The position numbers and the translations under genes were made by a program. Below are positions 16,352-26,552 of a stretch of 64,000 bases of DNA, one piece after another. Every line of letters starts with the position of its first letter. The stretch's first letter is position 1. The notes under the pieces were generated by a model. The model saw nothing but the letters and a program-made list of their open reading frames with translations, did no database searches and was not told the DNA's origin. The DNA is from a virus. The stretch is from positions 32,001 to 96,000 of IMG/VR virus record IMGVR_UViG_3300035698_022389; one strand, 5' to 3'.

Positions 16352-16572
16352 AAACATTTTCAGTTGCTTAATGTTTCAGTATTTCTTGAGAAGCCCCCTT
16401 TACCCAAGAACCCAAAGAACTTTAATATTGGTCAAACACGGGAGGTGACCCGTGTCATATTAGATAATCCTGATGGAGAAGAATTTGAAACAGGTCTTAT
16501 GACGGCTACTATTAGCGGGGAACTGCTCGACGAATAATTCCCCTATGAAAGCACCTACATAAGGAGGTGCTC

Positions 16573-17772
16573 ATGTACTTCAGATTAACCGAGGCATTAA
16601 AAAAACGACTCATCATGGAACTGAGGAATTATTGGTCTTACCATCCTCTATATCCAGACCTGCCTGACCACATCATTGGGAAATACTCATTTAGAGAACG
16701 CCCTTCAACTGGCATTATTGTAAAAACTGGTGGTGGGAGTCATGTTTCGTTGTCAGCTGACAACTACATAGGTATTCAAGAGAGCTATGTCAATTTGACC
16801 AGGTACAAAAACAAACCAGGACTGGCCATTGAATGGGTCAGAGAAGATGCTGTTGCTATCCAGAAAAATAATGGAGTTTTCCCAACCCCACCTGGTGTTT
16901 ATTATGTCCAATTGACTGAGGACAGGGAATTCTGGGTGGATGCCCTTGTTAATATTTACAATGAGATTCTGACTCCTGTAGACACCTTTACATACTCCAT
17001 GACAGCAGATCCTTTACAAGGGACTCTCCGTATCTTTGAAATGCCTGCTCGGTATCAGCTGGTGGAGGATGAAAATTACACCGTTGAGGTGGATGGCCAA
17101 GGGAAACCCACAGGTGAGATTACTCTGAAACAAGCTCTGACAGGGAATAGATATTTGGTTGCCGACTATAAACATCCAATCGGTTCTCAGGGTCCTTATA
17201 CCATCGACCCAGGCTTTGCAAACAATACAGCAATTCCAGGAGTCGTTCTGGCTTTTGGTCGACGAAACAAAAAAGGAGATATTCAGGCTGTCGTCGTGGA
17301 TGACGTTCGAAGGTCATCTGCTCAGGTTTATGGGGGTAAGTGGGAAATCTCAATGGAGTTTGATGTTGTGGCTAGAGATGTCTATGCCCAGCAGGAAATT
17401 GCTGACCAAACCGTCATTTATTTGTGGGGTATCCTTAGACCTCGGTTATCTTCTGAAGGTATTGAAATGTCCGAGATTTCTCTTGGTGGGGAGTCTGAAG
17501 AAGTTTATGATGAGAGTGGTGATGATTATTTCTATAACTCATCGTTTTCGTTGACAGTTACGACGGATTGGGAAGTCCATATCCCATTGAGTGCTTTCCT
17601 CCGTCAAGTAACCCCAGCCAGCCGTGAGTATACTGAATATTTGGCTACAATTTCTGATGACCAATTGAGAGAAGCTGGGGCAGGGATACGTCAAGCAGGT
17701 GAGATGGGATTGGAAGTTATGAGGGATCCTTATTTCGTTGGGAGGACAGCAACATTTGAAGTAATTCGGTAG
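16573..17772 (+). CDS. Putative tail terminator/tail-completion protein
   Basis: SD AAGGAGG then ATG 16573; ~400 aa; located two genes upstream of the sheath; C-terminal beta-rich terminator-like domain. Confidence 0.55.
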   Translation: MYFRLTEALKKRLIMELRNYWSYHPLYPDLPDHIIGKYSFRERPSTGIIVKTGGGSHVSLSADNYIGIQESYVNLTRYKNKPGLAIEWVREDAVAIQKNNGVFPTPPGVYYVQLTEDREFWVDALVNIYNEILTPVDTFTYSMTADPLQGTLRIFEMPARYQLVEDENYTVEVDGQGKPTGEITLKQALTGNRYLVADYKHPIGSQGPYTIDPGFANNTAIPGVVLAFGRRNKKGDIQAVVVDDVRRSSAQVYGGKWEISMEFDVVARDVYAQQEIADQTVIYLWGILRPRLSSEGIEMSEISLGGESEEVYDESGDDYFYNSSFSLTVTTDWEVHIPLSAFLRQVTPASREYTEYLATISDDQLREAGAGIRQAGEMGLEVMRDPYFVGRTATFEVIR

Positions 17773-17815
17773 TTTTTTAATTTTTCATATCTTCTTAGAG
17801 AAAGGAACCAGATAA

Positions 17816-18265
17816 ATGCCCGTATATACATATCAATGTGGTTGTGGAATTCGATTTGAGGGTTCGGCCAGCATGGCTAAACATTCTAAACCTCATAAAT
17901 GTCCTGACTGTGGGGAGATGGCTGATCGATTGATGCCCTCAGATGTAAATGGTGTTTTCAATCAGGAAGTTTCAGGACCTGTTCCTCAGAATACTGGTGT
18001 GGATGGTTTGGATGCCCATATTGACAGGGTGATAGGTCAGTCCGCAGAACAAGGTCGAAAAGCTCATGTGGCTCGTGTCGATACTAAGAAAGAATTGTTA
18101 CGGGATAATCCTGGGGCAACTGGAAAAGACATTACGAAAACCTCTGATGGGGAGTTTCATTTGATGTCCTTGGAGGAACGGGATGCCCGAGATACAGCTC
18201 TCTCTATCAATAATCAGGCTATGAATGCCATTGAACAGGAGAGGATGAAATCCGCTCCTAAATAA
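17816..18265 (+). CDS. FmdB-like zinc-ribbon protein
   Basis: MPVYTYQCGCG...HKCPDCGE...RLMPS pattern. Confidence 0.7.
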   Translation: MPVYTYQCGCGIRFEGSASMAKHSKPHKCPDCGEMADRLMPSDVNGVFNQEVSGPVPQNTGVDGLDAHIDRVIGQSAEQGRKAHVARVDTKKELLRDNPGATGKDITKTSDGEFHLMSLEERDARDTALSINNQAMNAIEQERMKSAPK

Positions 18266-18444
18266 AACTAGACCACAAGTGGTCGTGGACAAAACATACA
18301 GATGAAAATATGGACTAACATTTTGAGCTTAATTAACCGCCTTTGGCTGGAGATACATACGAACTTACGGATAAACAAATGAAAAGGTTTGAGCTGAAAC
18401 TTCACATTTGACTTGTGGAATGAACTAAAATTAAGAGGTGTAAA

Positions 18445-21400
18445 ATGGCCTTTCCAGGAAAAAACTACAGCCCGCCAGGAGTTTATACTCGAACACTTTT
18501 CGAGAATCCCGTTTCTGGAGCTATTGACAGTTTCAAAATCCCGATTTTCATCGGTGAGGGGAACGAATTTTTAACCCAGAATAATCTGGAGGTCGTTCGG
18601 GGATCATCCCAGAAAGTTGACCAAAAGATTGTAGGTGAAGATGAGGCAGGACGTGCTGTGGTCAGCACTACCCAAGCAGGTGTCATCACATTGGGAGATT
18701 TTAACGGAGTCTTGGACACGATTCAAGTCCGTAAATACCCCATTGTAGATGGGCAAGGCTCGGGTGTAACTACGAACAGCCGGGCGGATGTGGTAGTTAC
18801 CATCAATAACCAGATTATGGTTGTTCGACAGGTGACTGGGGCTACAGGAGTCGTCAAGTTGGCTCAACCCCCACAAGTTACAGATGAAATCCGTGTTACT
18901 TACTTTTTCAAACGCACGGATACTCTGACTACTGATGATGTCAGTGCCCAAGTCAACCCGAATCCTGCAGTTGTCAGGGGTGTTGATGGTATTGCCGACA
19001 TAGACTCCCCAGTCGGTCAAGAAGGTTCGGTTGGTTCCAGCATAGTCATTGATTTGCATGGGGACATCACGAATGCCTCCGGTCAGGTTGTTGTTCCAGC
19101 TAACAATGTTCTCAATCTAGTGATTGATGGTGTGGCATATGTTATCACCATTGCTCCTCGGAATGATTACACAATGGCTCAAATTGCTGCATCTATTACG
19201 GCAGCTAACAAGGGAACTCTGACTGCTGGTGCTTTCACTAATAATTTTGGTCTTTCGGTACTTTTATTAAATGCTAGTGGTAGCATCGTAGTGAAAGCAG
19301 GCTCAGCTAATGCTCCTTTGGGGCTCATAACTGGTTCTGCAGACACTCGAACTACAACTTTCTATACCTACGAAGGTCCTATCGTTGATGGTTCTAACGG
19401 TGGTGTTGCAACAACAGACCCCGCAAAAGTAGTGGTTAAAGTCAATAACAGTCAGGTCATTCCAGTATCAGTGAATGGAACCACACGGACAGTTACTTTG
19501 TTAGCAGCTCCTAAAGCTGGTTCAACTGTGACCATCCAATACTGGTTTAATGCCTGGCAGGATACCTTTGATTACTTGCTACATAATGGCATCACTGAAA
19601 TTACTCAGTGTGGTGTTGCTCCGGATTCTAAATCTTACATCCAGGATGCTGATTTTGTCCTGAAAGATGATAAGATTGTCTGGGGTACGGCAGCATTGAT
19701 AGCCAGTGGTGTTCATACTACAGGTGCTGTTTTGTTTGGGGAAACCCAAATTACTAGCACCTTGGTAGACAACAAGACATTCCTTTCAGTTTGTACCTCA
19801 GTCGTACAGAGCAGTGGTGGTATCTCCTCTGATAACCGTATGGATTTCACACTTCCTTTCCAACCAACTCTGGGTAATGGACGAAACACCCCCTTGGGTC
19901 AGAGTTTGTTCCAGACGGTTTCCAATGGACGTATTGATCTTCCAACCAACCGCCCTGATGTGGTGGATGTATATTGGGGTTACGATGTTCAGGATGCTCT
20001 CGAAAGAGGTGGGGTGGCTGTAGATAAAGTGGAAGGTATCACTGTTACGTTGGCTGAGGCTGTTCCAGTCGGGGCCACCGTGTTTGCATCCTTCTGGTAC
20101 AATCTCCTGACAGACACTGAATTCACCTTGTCTTGTGTGAACCCCGGAGCTTCAGGCATCGGTACATATACCGTTGAAGATAAAGGTGACAACACTGTCT
20201 ACAGTGCTACATATAACACCAGTACAAAGGGTTCCTCTCTTAATGGTGTGACTCTGGAATTCCCATCAGGTTCTGAATTGACACCCGATCTTCACTTTGA
20301 AGGTTTGTCTGGTGATGATTTTGTTGGGCCTGTTGAAGAAATCGTGACAGTACAGTTTGCTTCTCGTGTAGCAACTCCAGCAAAATGGACGCTGCCTGGG
20401 AACGGACCTTATGAGTTCATTAAAGAGTACTCTGATAGACTCAGGGTTAAACTGCACACTTACGAATCCGTTAGTGCCGCGGGTCTGAATCTTGATAATC
20501 CTTCTGGTAGTGCATCCGTTCCTGGACATGGTGGTGGGTTCTTTGCTTCCATCGTCGGTGATGAAGTGGATTACACAGGTGGAACCAGTGCAACTATTGG
20601 TCAAAGTTATTCTTTGGCAGCTGCTGAAGATTTCTACCTTCAAGTAGATGATGCCAATATTCTGGTGAAAACATCCAGTACAGTAACCAACGTAGATGTT
20701 AGCTACTTTGCAGATGTCATCAACGAAGCTGCCAGCGGTCATCAAGACATAGCCGTAGCAGGTGGTGTTAGCACTATTGAATTGCCGCACACCAAATCCG
20801 ACGTGAATAATTATTACGTTGGCTGGAGAGTGGTTATCGGTAATCATGCTCTTGGTGGAGCAACTCAGGGTCAGTACAAAACTATCACAGCTTATGATGG
20901 AACTGCTTGGATAGCAACTCTGGATTCTGCTTGGGCTGGTGGGGCTGTTGCAGTAGGAACTCCTTACTTCATTTATAACCCTGATGCCCGTTCTACAATG
21001 GTCGGTGCAACAGAGTTTAATGGCCCCGTAACAATCACAGCCTCTGCCCATGACAAACTTAAAGTGGGTTATATTGGTGATGTTGTCGGTACAGAAGGTT
21101 TCGAGATTACATTGGGTGCCGCAGCTTATGCTACCCCAGCTCTCTTGGCTGCCCATATCCAAAGTAGAATTGACACAGCTATTATAGCCCGTGTTTTGAT
21201 CACACCAAATCTGGCTGGTTTCAATATTGAATGTACGGCTAATGCTCAAGCTAAGTTGCAGTTTAAATTGCAGCTTCCAGGGTTAGACAATGCTGGTTAC
21301 ATCCAGTTCCTCGATGCTACCAATGCTCCTGTTGAAGATTTTGCAGTGGTTGCAGGCTTAGATACAGGGGCAGCAATTGGTGACGGTCAGGCAGCTCTCC

Positions 21401-23775
21401 TTCAGGCTCCTATTGCAAGGTCTTACCTTTGCCCATCGGGTACGGGTGACCGCAAACTGTATGACAGACTTATTATTCGTAACCGTCTGTTGCCTGGTGG
21501 TGGTCCTGATAGCAGTATGGATGCTCATGACATCGAATCACAGACTCAGCTTCAAGTTCTGACGGGTAACACCAAAGCAGGACTGGCTTCAGGTTTGTAT
21601 GGAACAGCCAGTCGTTCGGCAACAGTCCGATCTTCTACCGTGAGCGGGCAGGTTGGTTTTATCGGTGGTATGGATGCTGACAGTGAACCCGAGGTCATAT
21701 TCTATGATGGTACTGGGACTGTGGCAGTAAATAATATCTTCAAGTTTGATGTGGATGGAACTCCTGTAGAAGTTATCTTCGATGCTACTGCTACTGGGAC
21801 AGCTACCAATCTTGGTCCAATTTCAGATGATGATTCTGTTTTGGGTCAAATTAAAGTGGCAATGGCAGATGTACCAGGTGCCCCGTTTGGCAACGCAGCC
21901 AACATCGTGAGTACTTTTATCCTACGTCAAGAAGGTGCCGGCTTCCGTATCACAGGTGTTGAAACAAGCTCCCTGTCCAAAGTGTCCGTCAGTAATGGTT
22001 CGGCCAACGGTGTATTGGGTGCTTCTTCAGGGACAGTGGCACTTCGAGAAACTGTATCGGTTAGAAAATTGGCTTCTGCTTTAATGGCAAATCGGCACAG
22101 CAATTTTACCACTTGGATGCTGACTCTTTCTGCTGCTGACCTTTCCTTTTCCCGAGACGGCTTGGCTAATGTTGAAGAAGACAGTGTTGGTGGTCAATTC
22201 CTTTATGTGCAGGATGCTCCGATACTCGTATCCGAATTGGGAACCCAATCTTCGGTCGAAATCAAGAACACCTTGAGCCAAATTGATGATGCTTTAGCAT
22301 ACAACACAGGTCTGAATGCTAAAGATAGTGATGGTGCTTCTGGTGAACCTGCTTTGGACGGATTTTTCGTAAAATCCAGTGTGTCTGATGGTTCAGGTAC
22401 AATCAATGAATCCCAACTTAATCCTTCTGGTGACGGTACGGGTCAAGATGGAATCGTTGGTCAAACTTATCGGGATGAAATTACAGGCTTGGTTTTCACC
22501 CTTCTACCTCGTGGTTGGAGTACAAATCCAAATGGTCCGTGGCTTCAGTACCCAACAGGTGCTAACTCTACATTCCGTATTCAGATCAGCGGAACTTTCT
22601 TGACGGATGCCAATATCCCTCATAATGCTTTCAATGGTGTGGAACTGACTGTAGCTAACACTGTTGATGTTGGTGTCAGTGACACTGCCTTGGTTGAAAC
22701 CTTCAAACGTGGGGGTAATGAACCATCTATCGGTGACTTGTACTATACATCGTACATTTACCAGAAACAGGACTTCACAACGACGTTCTACACTAAGATG
22801 AGTTCCATCGAACAAGCTTATGGGAATATTGGTGTAGATGCTCCGTTAACAATGGCATCAGATTTAGCTGTGTTGAATGGTGCTGTCCTATTGGGTCTAA
22901 AACAAGTCCCTCGGGAATCAGGTGAGCCTTATGCTAGCCTGACAACGTACAGGGACGCCATTCAGGAGCTGGAAGGTACTTTGCCTGGGTTCGTTAACCC
23001 TGACATTATTACTCCACTTCGTGGTGATTCTACGGACTTGTATCAGTATCTGAAACAATCTAATGAACTGATGTCCTCTATTCGGTATAAGTCTGAAAGG
23101 ACTTCTATCATAGGTATGGCCGCAGGTTCCTTGCCTGAAGCATGTGGTAACTTGGCACAAGCCCTTGAAAATACTCGTATGCGACTGGTTTACCCTGATG
23201 TTGCAGTGGTTTCTATCACGGATGCCTTGGGGAACAGCACAGATGAGTTAATGGATGGTCCCATGTTAGCAGCAATGCTGGTAGGTTCTGTTGTCAGTCC
23301 AAATCTTGATGTGGCAACACCATGGACAGGCCGACGATTGGTTGGTGTCCAACAGCTCGGACGTATCCTTGATGCAGTAGAGCAGAATCTGCTGGCCACG
23401 AAAGGTGTTACCGTGTTGGAAGACAAACCTCCGTTTATTCGTGTACGTCATGGTTTGACAACTGACATGACTAATGTCTTGACCAAGCTGCCGACTATTG
23501 TGTTGATTGCAGATGAAGTCCAACGTCAGTCACGACAGCTTTTGGAGAACTTCATAGGTATCAAATTCTTGCCTGGTATCCTGTCACAGATTGAAGGTCG
23601 GATGGCAATGTTGATGAAGCAACTGGTAGCTGCTCAAATCATCACGGCTTACACAGGCATTAAAGCATCTACACAGGCAGATGATCCTACATCTGCCGAA
23701 ATTGCTGCTTACTATGCACCGGTTTTTCCATTATTATATCTGCTCTTGACCTTTCACCTCCGTTCCAGCTTATAG
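18445..23775 (+). CDS. Tail sheath protein (1776 aa, large insertions)
   Basis: N-terminal PPGVYTRT; C-terminal sheath domain ...IRVRHGLTT...ENFIG...YAPVFPLLYLLLTF. Confidence 0.9.
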   Translation: MAFPGKNYSPPGVYTRTLFENPVSGAIDSFKIPIFIGEGNEFLTQNNLEVVRGSSQKVDQKIVGEDEAGRAVVSTTQAGVITLGDFNGVLDTIQVRKYPIVDGQGSGVTTNSRADVVVTINNQIMVVRQVTGATGVVKLAQPPQVTDEIRVTYFFKRTDTLTTDDVSAQVNPNPAVVRGVDGIADIDSPVGQEGSVGSSIVIDLHGDITNASGQVVVPANNVLNLVIDGVAYVITIAPRNDYTMAQIAASITAANKGTLTAGAFTNNFGLSVLLLNASGSIVVKAGSANAPLGLITGSADTRTTTFYTYEGPIVDGSNGGVATTDPAKVVVKVNNSQVIPVSVNGTTRTVTLLAAPKAGSTVTIQYWFNAWQDTFDYLLHNGITEITQCGVAPDSKSYIQDADFVLKDDKIVWGTAALIASGVHTTGAVLFGETQITSTLVDNKTFLSVCTSVVQSSGGISSDNRMDFTLPFQPTLGNGRNTPLGQSLFQTVSNGRIDLPTNRPDVVDVYWGYDVQDALERGGVAVDKVEGITVTLAEAVPVGATVFASFWYNLLTDTEFTLSCVNPGASGIGTYTVEDKGDNTVYSATYNTSTKGSSLNGVTLEFPSGSELTPDLHFEGLSGDDFVGPVEEIVTVQFASRVATPAKWTLPGNGPYEFIKEYSDRLRVKLHTYESVSAAGLNLDNPSGSASVPGHGGGFFASIVGDEVDYTGGTSATIGQSYSLAAAEDFYLQVDDANILVKTSSTVTNVDVSYFADVINEAASGHQDIAVAGGVSTIELPHTKSDVNNYYVGWRVVIGNHALGGATQGQYKTITAYDGTAWIATLDSAWAGGAVAVGTPYFIYNPDARSTMVGATEFNGPVTITASAHDKLKVGYIGDVVGTEGFEITLGAAAYATPALLAAHIQSRIDTAIIARVLITPNLAGFNIECTANAQAKLQFKLQLPGLDNAGYIQFLDATNAPVEDFAVVAGLDTGAAIGDGQAALLQAPIARSYLCPSGTGDRKLYDRLIIRNRLLPGGGPDSSMDAHDIESQTQLQVLTGNTKAGLASGLYGTASRSATVRSSTVSGQVGFIGGMDADSEPEVIFYDGTGTVAVNNIFKFDVDGTPVEVIFDATATGTATNLGPISDDDSVLGQIKVAMADVPGAPFGNAANIVSTFILRQEGAGFRITGVETSSLSKVSVSNGSANGVLGASSGTVALRETVSVRKLASALMANRHSNFTTWMLTLSAADLSFSRDGLANVEEDSVGGQFLYVQDAPILVSELGTQSSVEIKNTLSQIDDALAYNTGLNAKDSDGASGEPALDGFFVKSSVSDGSGTINESQLNPSGDGTGQDGIVGQTYRDEITGLVFTLLPRGWSTNPNGPWLQYPTGANSTFRIQISGTFLTDANIPHNAFNGVELTVANTVDVGVSDTALVETFKRGGNEPSIGDLYYTSYIYQKQDFTTTFYTKMSSIEQAYGNIGVDAPLTMASDLAVLNGAVLLGLKQVPRESGEPYASLTTYRDAIQELEGTLPGFVNPDIITPLRGDSTDLYQYLKQSNELMSSIRYKSERTSIIGMAAGSLPEACGNLAQALENTRMRLVYPDVAVVSITDALGNSTDELMDGPMLAAMLVGSVVSPNLDVATPWTGRRLVGVQQLGRILDAVEQNLLATKGVTVLEDKPPFIRVRHGLTTDMTNVLTKLPTIVLIADEVQRQSRQLLENFIGIKFLPGILSQIEGRMAMLMKQLVAAQIITAYTGIKASTQADDPTSAEIAAYYAPVFPLLYLLLTFHLRSSL

Positions 23776-23989
23776 GTCAGTGATTTCAGGTACTTACAAA
23801 CCTGAGTGACACAACTTGAAAACCTTCTTGGGTCTTGGTATTCTGACTCAAGGAGGTTTTCTTATGGGTGGTCCAAAATCAAAAGCAACCAAAGAAGAAA
23901 AATTACGGTAGCATTTCACACAGAGGAGCTTTATGATAATGTTGATTATCATAAAGGTCGGTTGGTGCAGGCGGGCATTCTTTCAAGAT

Positions 23990-24021
23990 AAAACCCCCTG
24001 GGAATATTCCCAGGGGGTTTT
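23990..24021. terminator. Perfect 32-bp palindrome, probable bidirectional terminator
   Basis: aaaaccccctgggaat/attcccagggggtttt between the convergent sheath and 24039-25352 genes. Confidence 0.85.
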
Positions 24022-24038
24022 TGGTCTCCAATTGAGTT

Positions 24039-25352
24039 TTATTTACCGAAGCCTACTTCTTTCAGTTGTTTTTGCAGTTGTTTTTGCATCTGCTTTTTTG
24101 AAGCTTGGACGGCTTCCACACTTTTTGCAAGGCCTAGTGTTATCGCATGTGTGATTATCTCTGCACGAGTATATCCTGTGTTTTTTTCTAGCAGCTTGAT
24201 CTTTTCATGGGTGTCCAGAGTAAGTCCCATTGTGATTTCTGGACGAGGTTTCGTAATAGGGGTAGTCATATCAAGGATAGCCACGGCAGGTTTTACGACA
24301 GGAACCACGAGGGATTTCACGACAGGAACCACGATGGATTTCACGGTGGGTTCTAGTTTGAGGCTTTTTTTCGGGATCATAGCTACGTTGGACAAATTTT
24401 TGTTGTGCATCCATATCACAAACTCCTTTAATGCTGAGTGTACTGAATGCATTGTTGAGTCAGCGTATCTTAATTGTATAACATTGAAATGTTGTACAAT
24501 TGAGTTGCCTGTGATGTCCTTAATTTTAGTGTCTTTTCCTACCGTTTCCATGAAATCAAGAATTCTTGATTTGTGTTTTTTGATGTTGGCTGGTCTAGTT
24601 TTTTTGACTCTGACAGGCAGATCCCTGAAATATGCTTTGATCACAGCTTGCAGAGTGATCTCTGGCACTGTAACCGGGGCAATGGCATCGGCTTGAGCAG
24701 TATCGGCCTTGCCTTCGGTTGTGGCTGTAGCGTCGGCAGCAGTGGTAATTTTATCCTTTTTTGAGGTAAATTGGAATGTGATTTTTCTTTGTTCGTTGTT
24801 AGTGTTTTTTGGTCCCATGATTTTTTTTACATCTCCGTTATTAATAAGTTGTGTGATACCTTTTTGTGCATCCTCTTCTGAGATTTTGAAAAAGGCTGTT
24901 ATATCGTTAAGTTCTGGGGTTTTGGGGTATCTGTGACCTTTTTTCACCCCGTTGGAACAAAAACGGATATAATTTTTAATAATTTGTTTTTGCCATGAAT
25001 TTTTGAAATCGGGTGTGAACGGGTCGATTGCATAACATGCCCCGAAACAAACCCTTGCAATACGCCCACGTAGAAACGATGAGGGTTTATATTCAAGTTT
25101 TGAATCCTTTATTTCAGTGTCGATAAATTCTTTTGAGGTTAGCAATTGCATATAACTTTCTAGCTCTTTAACTCGTACCGTCCGATACCAATTTTTTGAC
25201 AATTTATCCCCTAGTGATTTTTCTTTTTTCTTTTTTTCTTTTTTTAGCATATTGTGAATTTGCTGGCTTGAAAATCTTTCCCCAAATGAGTCTCCTGCAT
25301 TAAGGATTACGGACATAATTTCGAAACTTTGTCGGTTTAAATCTTTTCTCAT
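24039..25352 (-). CDS. DNA-binding protein with integrase core-binding (SAM-like) domain and C-terminal RHH-like domain; no catalytic domain seen
   Basis: TLQAVIKAYF...IKDITGNSIVQHF...YADSTMHSVHSALKEFVIW resembles tyrosine-recombinase CB domains; ITMGLTLDTHEKIKLL...TRAEIITHAI resembles RHH; the only well-supported minus-strand gene. Confidence 0.55.
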   Translation of the reverse strand: MRKDLNRQSFEIMSVILNAGDSFGERFSSQQIHNMLKKEKKKKEKSLGDKLSKNWYRTVRVKELESYMQLLTSKEFIDTEIKDSKLEYKPSSFLRGRIARVCFGACYAIDPFTPDFKNSWQKQIIKNYIRFCSNGVKKGHRYPKTPELNDITAFFKISEEDAQKGITQLINNGDVKKIMGPKNTNNEQRKITFQFTSKKDKITTAADATATTEGKADTAQADAIAPVTVPEITLQAVIKAYFRDLPVRVKKTRPANIKKHKSRILDFMETVGKDTKIKDITGNSIVQHFNVIQLRYADSTMHSVHSALKEFVIWMHNKNLSNVAMIPKKSLKLEPTVKSIVVPVVKSLVVPVVKPAVAILDMTTPITKPRPEITMGLTLDTHEKIKLLEKNTGYTRAEIITHAITLGLAKSVEAVQASKKQMQKQLQKQLKEVGFGK

Positions 25353-25425
25353 TTTTTTAGTCCTTTTATTTTAAGTCCAAAAATTGGTCATGTCTATTAG
25401 TCATAAGGTCTTAGTCATAAGGTCT

Positions 25426-25697
25426 TAGTCATAAGGGATTTGAACTGTTAACCCTACTGGTTAACAATGGCCCTTTTCTTGCTTCATAGATAATAGTTTC
25501 GTCCTTGCTTGCCCAAAGGGCATTGCAGTGACCTGAGCTCTCATCTCCACAAGCATTTATCCTCTCTGAATGACTTTCAGCGAGTTGTTTTAATTTAATT
25601 GAAGCATTTAAATCACAATCCATCTTTAACCCACACTCCAAACATTCATAAACCCGTTCCTATAATGTCAGGTCCTTTTTGACAGGTCCTTTTTGAC
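25426..25697 (-). mobile_element. tnpB-derived miniature element, copy B
   Basis: Retains the tnpB 3' end (ECGLKMDCDLNAS...), hairpin and TTCAA right end; 14-bp tandem duplications at both flanks (25398-25425, 25670-25697). Confidence 0.8.
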
Positions 25698-25817
25698 ATT
25701 ACCACATCCTGAACAAGTTTTGGAACTCGGGTAAAACCGATCGGCCTTAATTACTTCTACCCGCAAAAAAATATATTATCCAAACAAAATAAAAAAATAA
25801 TAAAAAAATGTTTTAAC

Positions 25818-25860
25818 TTGACAGTAATGTGACACCTAATGTAGTATATTTTTAGGAGGT
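25818..25860 (+). promoter_or_regulatory. Sigma70-like promoter and SD for the MerR/vWA operon
   Basis: TTGACA (25818-25823), 18 bp, TAGTAT (25842-25847); SD AGGAGGT 25854-25860. Confidence 0.55.
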
Positions 25861-25864
25861 ACTT

Positions 25865-26551
25865 ATGGATTACATTTATTTTTTACATGATCGTACATCT
25901 AATGCTATCAAAATTGGATGCTCAAAATATCCAGAACAACGGATGAGGGAAATTCAAATAATGATTCCTGGTGATGCCTTTCCTTTGAGGTATGTTGAAG
26001 TGGCTGGGAATGGGTTTGATGTTGAGCGTACTTTACATATGAAGTTTCGGGGGATTCGGATAAAAGGAGAGTGGTTTAAAGCAACACCTGAGCTTTTGGA
26101 TTTTGCTGAATCAGGAGTTCTTCCTAATTCTACAAAAGTTGAAGTAGTTTTAACACCTTCAACTCGTGTGTCTGTCCCACGGTTATCTTTGAAAGAGCTA
26201 ACTGCTCAAACAAAGGTGGCAGCTAGGACTGTCCGTTATTATGTTTCTGAGGGGTTACTAAAACCTCCTGTTACTTCGGGGAAGTACGCTAAATATACAG
26301 AGGAGCATATTAAAACTATTAATGATATTCAAAACATGCAAGAGGAAGGGATGTCTTTGGGAGAGATAAGACAACGAATTTCACCTGCGGAGTTAGTTAT
26401 AGATATTCACAAGAAAAGGGCAACCTGTGTTACTCCTGTTGTAGGAGTGAAAATGATAATTGATGAAGATGTCCCATCACATATCAGTCATGCATTTATT
26501 AAGGCTGTGGTAGATGCAGCCAAGACATTACCAACATACAAAGGAGATTGA
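25865..26551 (+). CDS. T5orf172/MUG113-type GIY-YIG domain fused to MerR-type HTH
   Basis: YIYFL...IKIGCSKYPEQRM...ERTLHMKF...GEWF; then LSLKEL...ARTVRYYVSEGLLKPP...YTEEHI...GMSLGEIR. Confidence 0.8.
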   Translation: MDYIYFLHDRTSNAIKIGCSKYPEQRMREIQIMIPGDAFPLRYVEVAGNGFDVERTLHMKFRGIRIKGEWFKATPELLDFAESGVLPNSTKVEVVLTPSTRVSVPRLSLKELTAQTKVAARTVRYYVSEGLLKPPVTSGKYAKYTEEHIKTINDIQNMQEEGMSLGEIRQRISPAELVIDIHKKRATCVTPVVGVKMIIDEDVPSHISHAFIKAVVDAAKTLPTYKGD

Positions 26552-26552
26552 A

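Noticed and set aside
20266-21249. Long antisense ORFs (e.g. 20266-21249, 49551-50327, 14164-14757, 29554-30135, and + strand 24151-24696)
   Set aside because: They lie wholly opposite well-supported genes, have no motifs or SD, and are expected shadows of codon bias.
24039-25352. Functional integrase marking a prophage boundary
   Set aside because: No catalytic tyrosine-recombinase motifs or att-like repeats are visible, and phage structural genes continue on both sides.
25398-25444. CRISPR-like array
   Set aside because: The 14-bp units are directly tandem with no spacers and no cas genes; the same applies to the 27-bp and 32-bp repeats.
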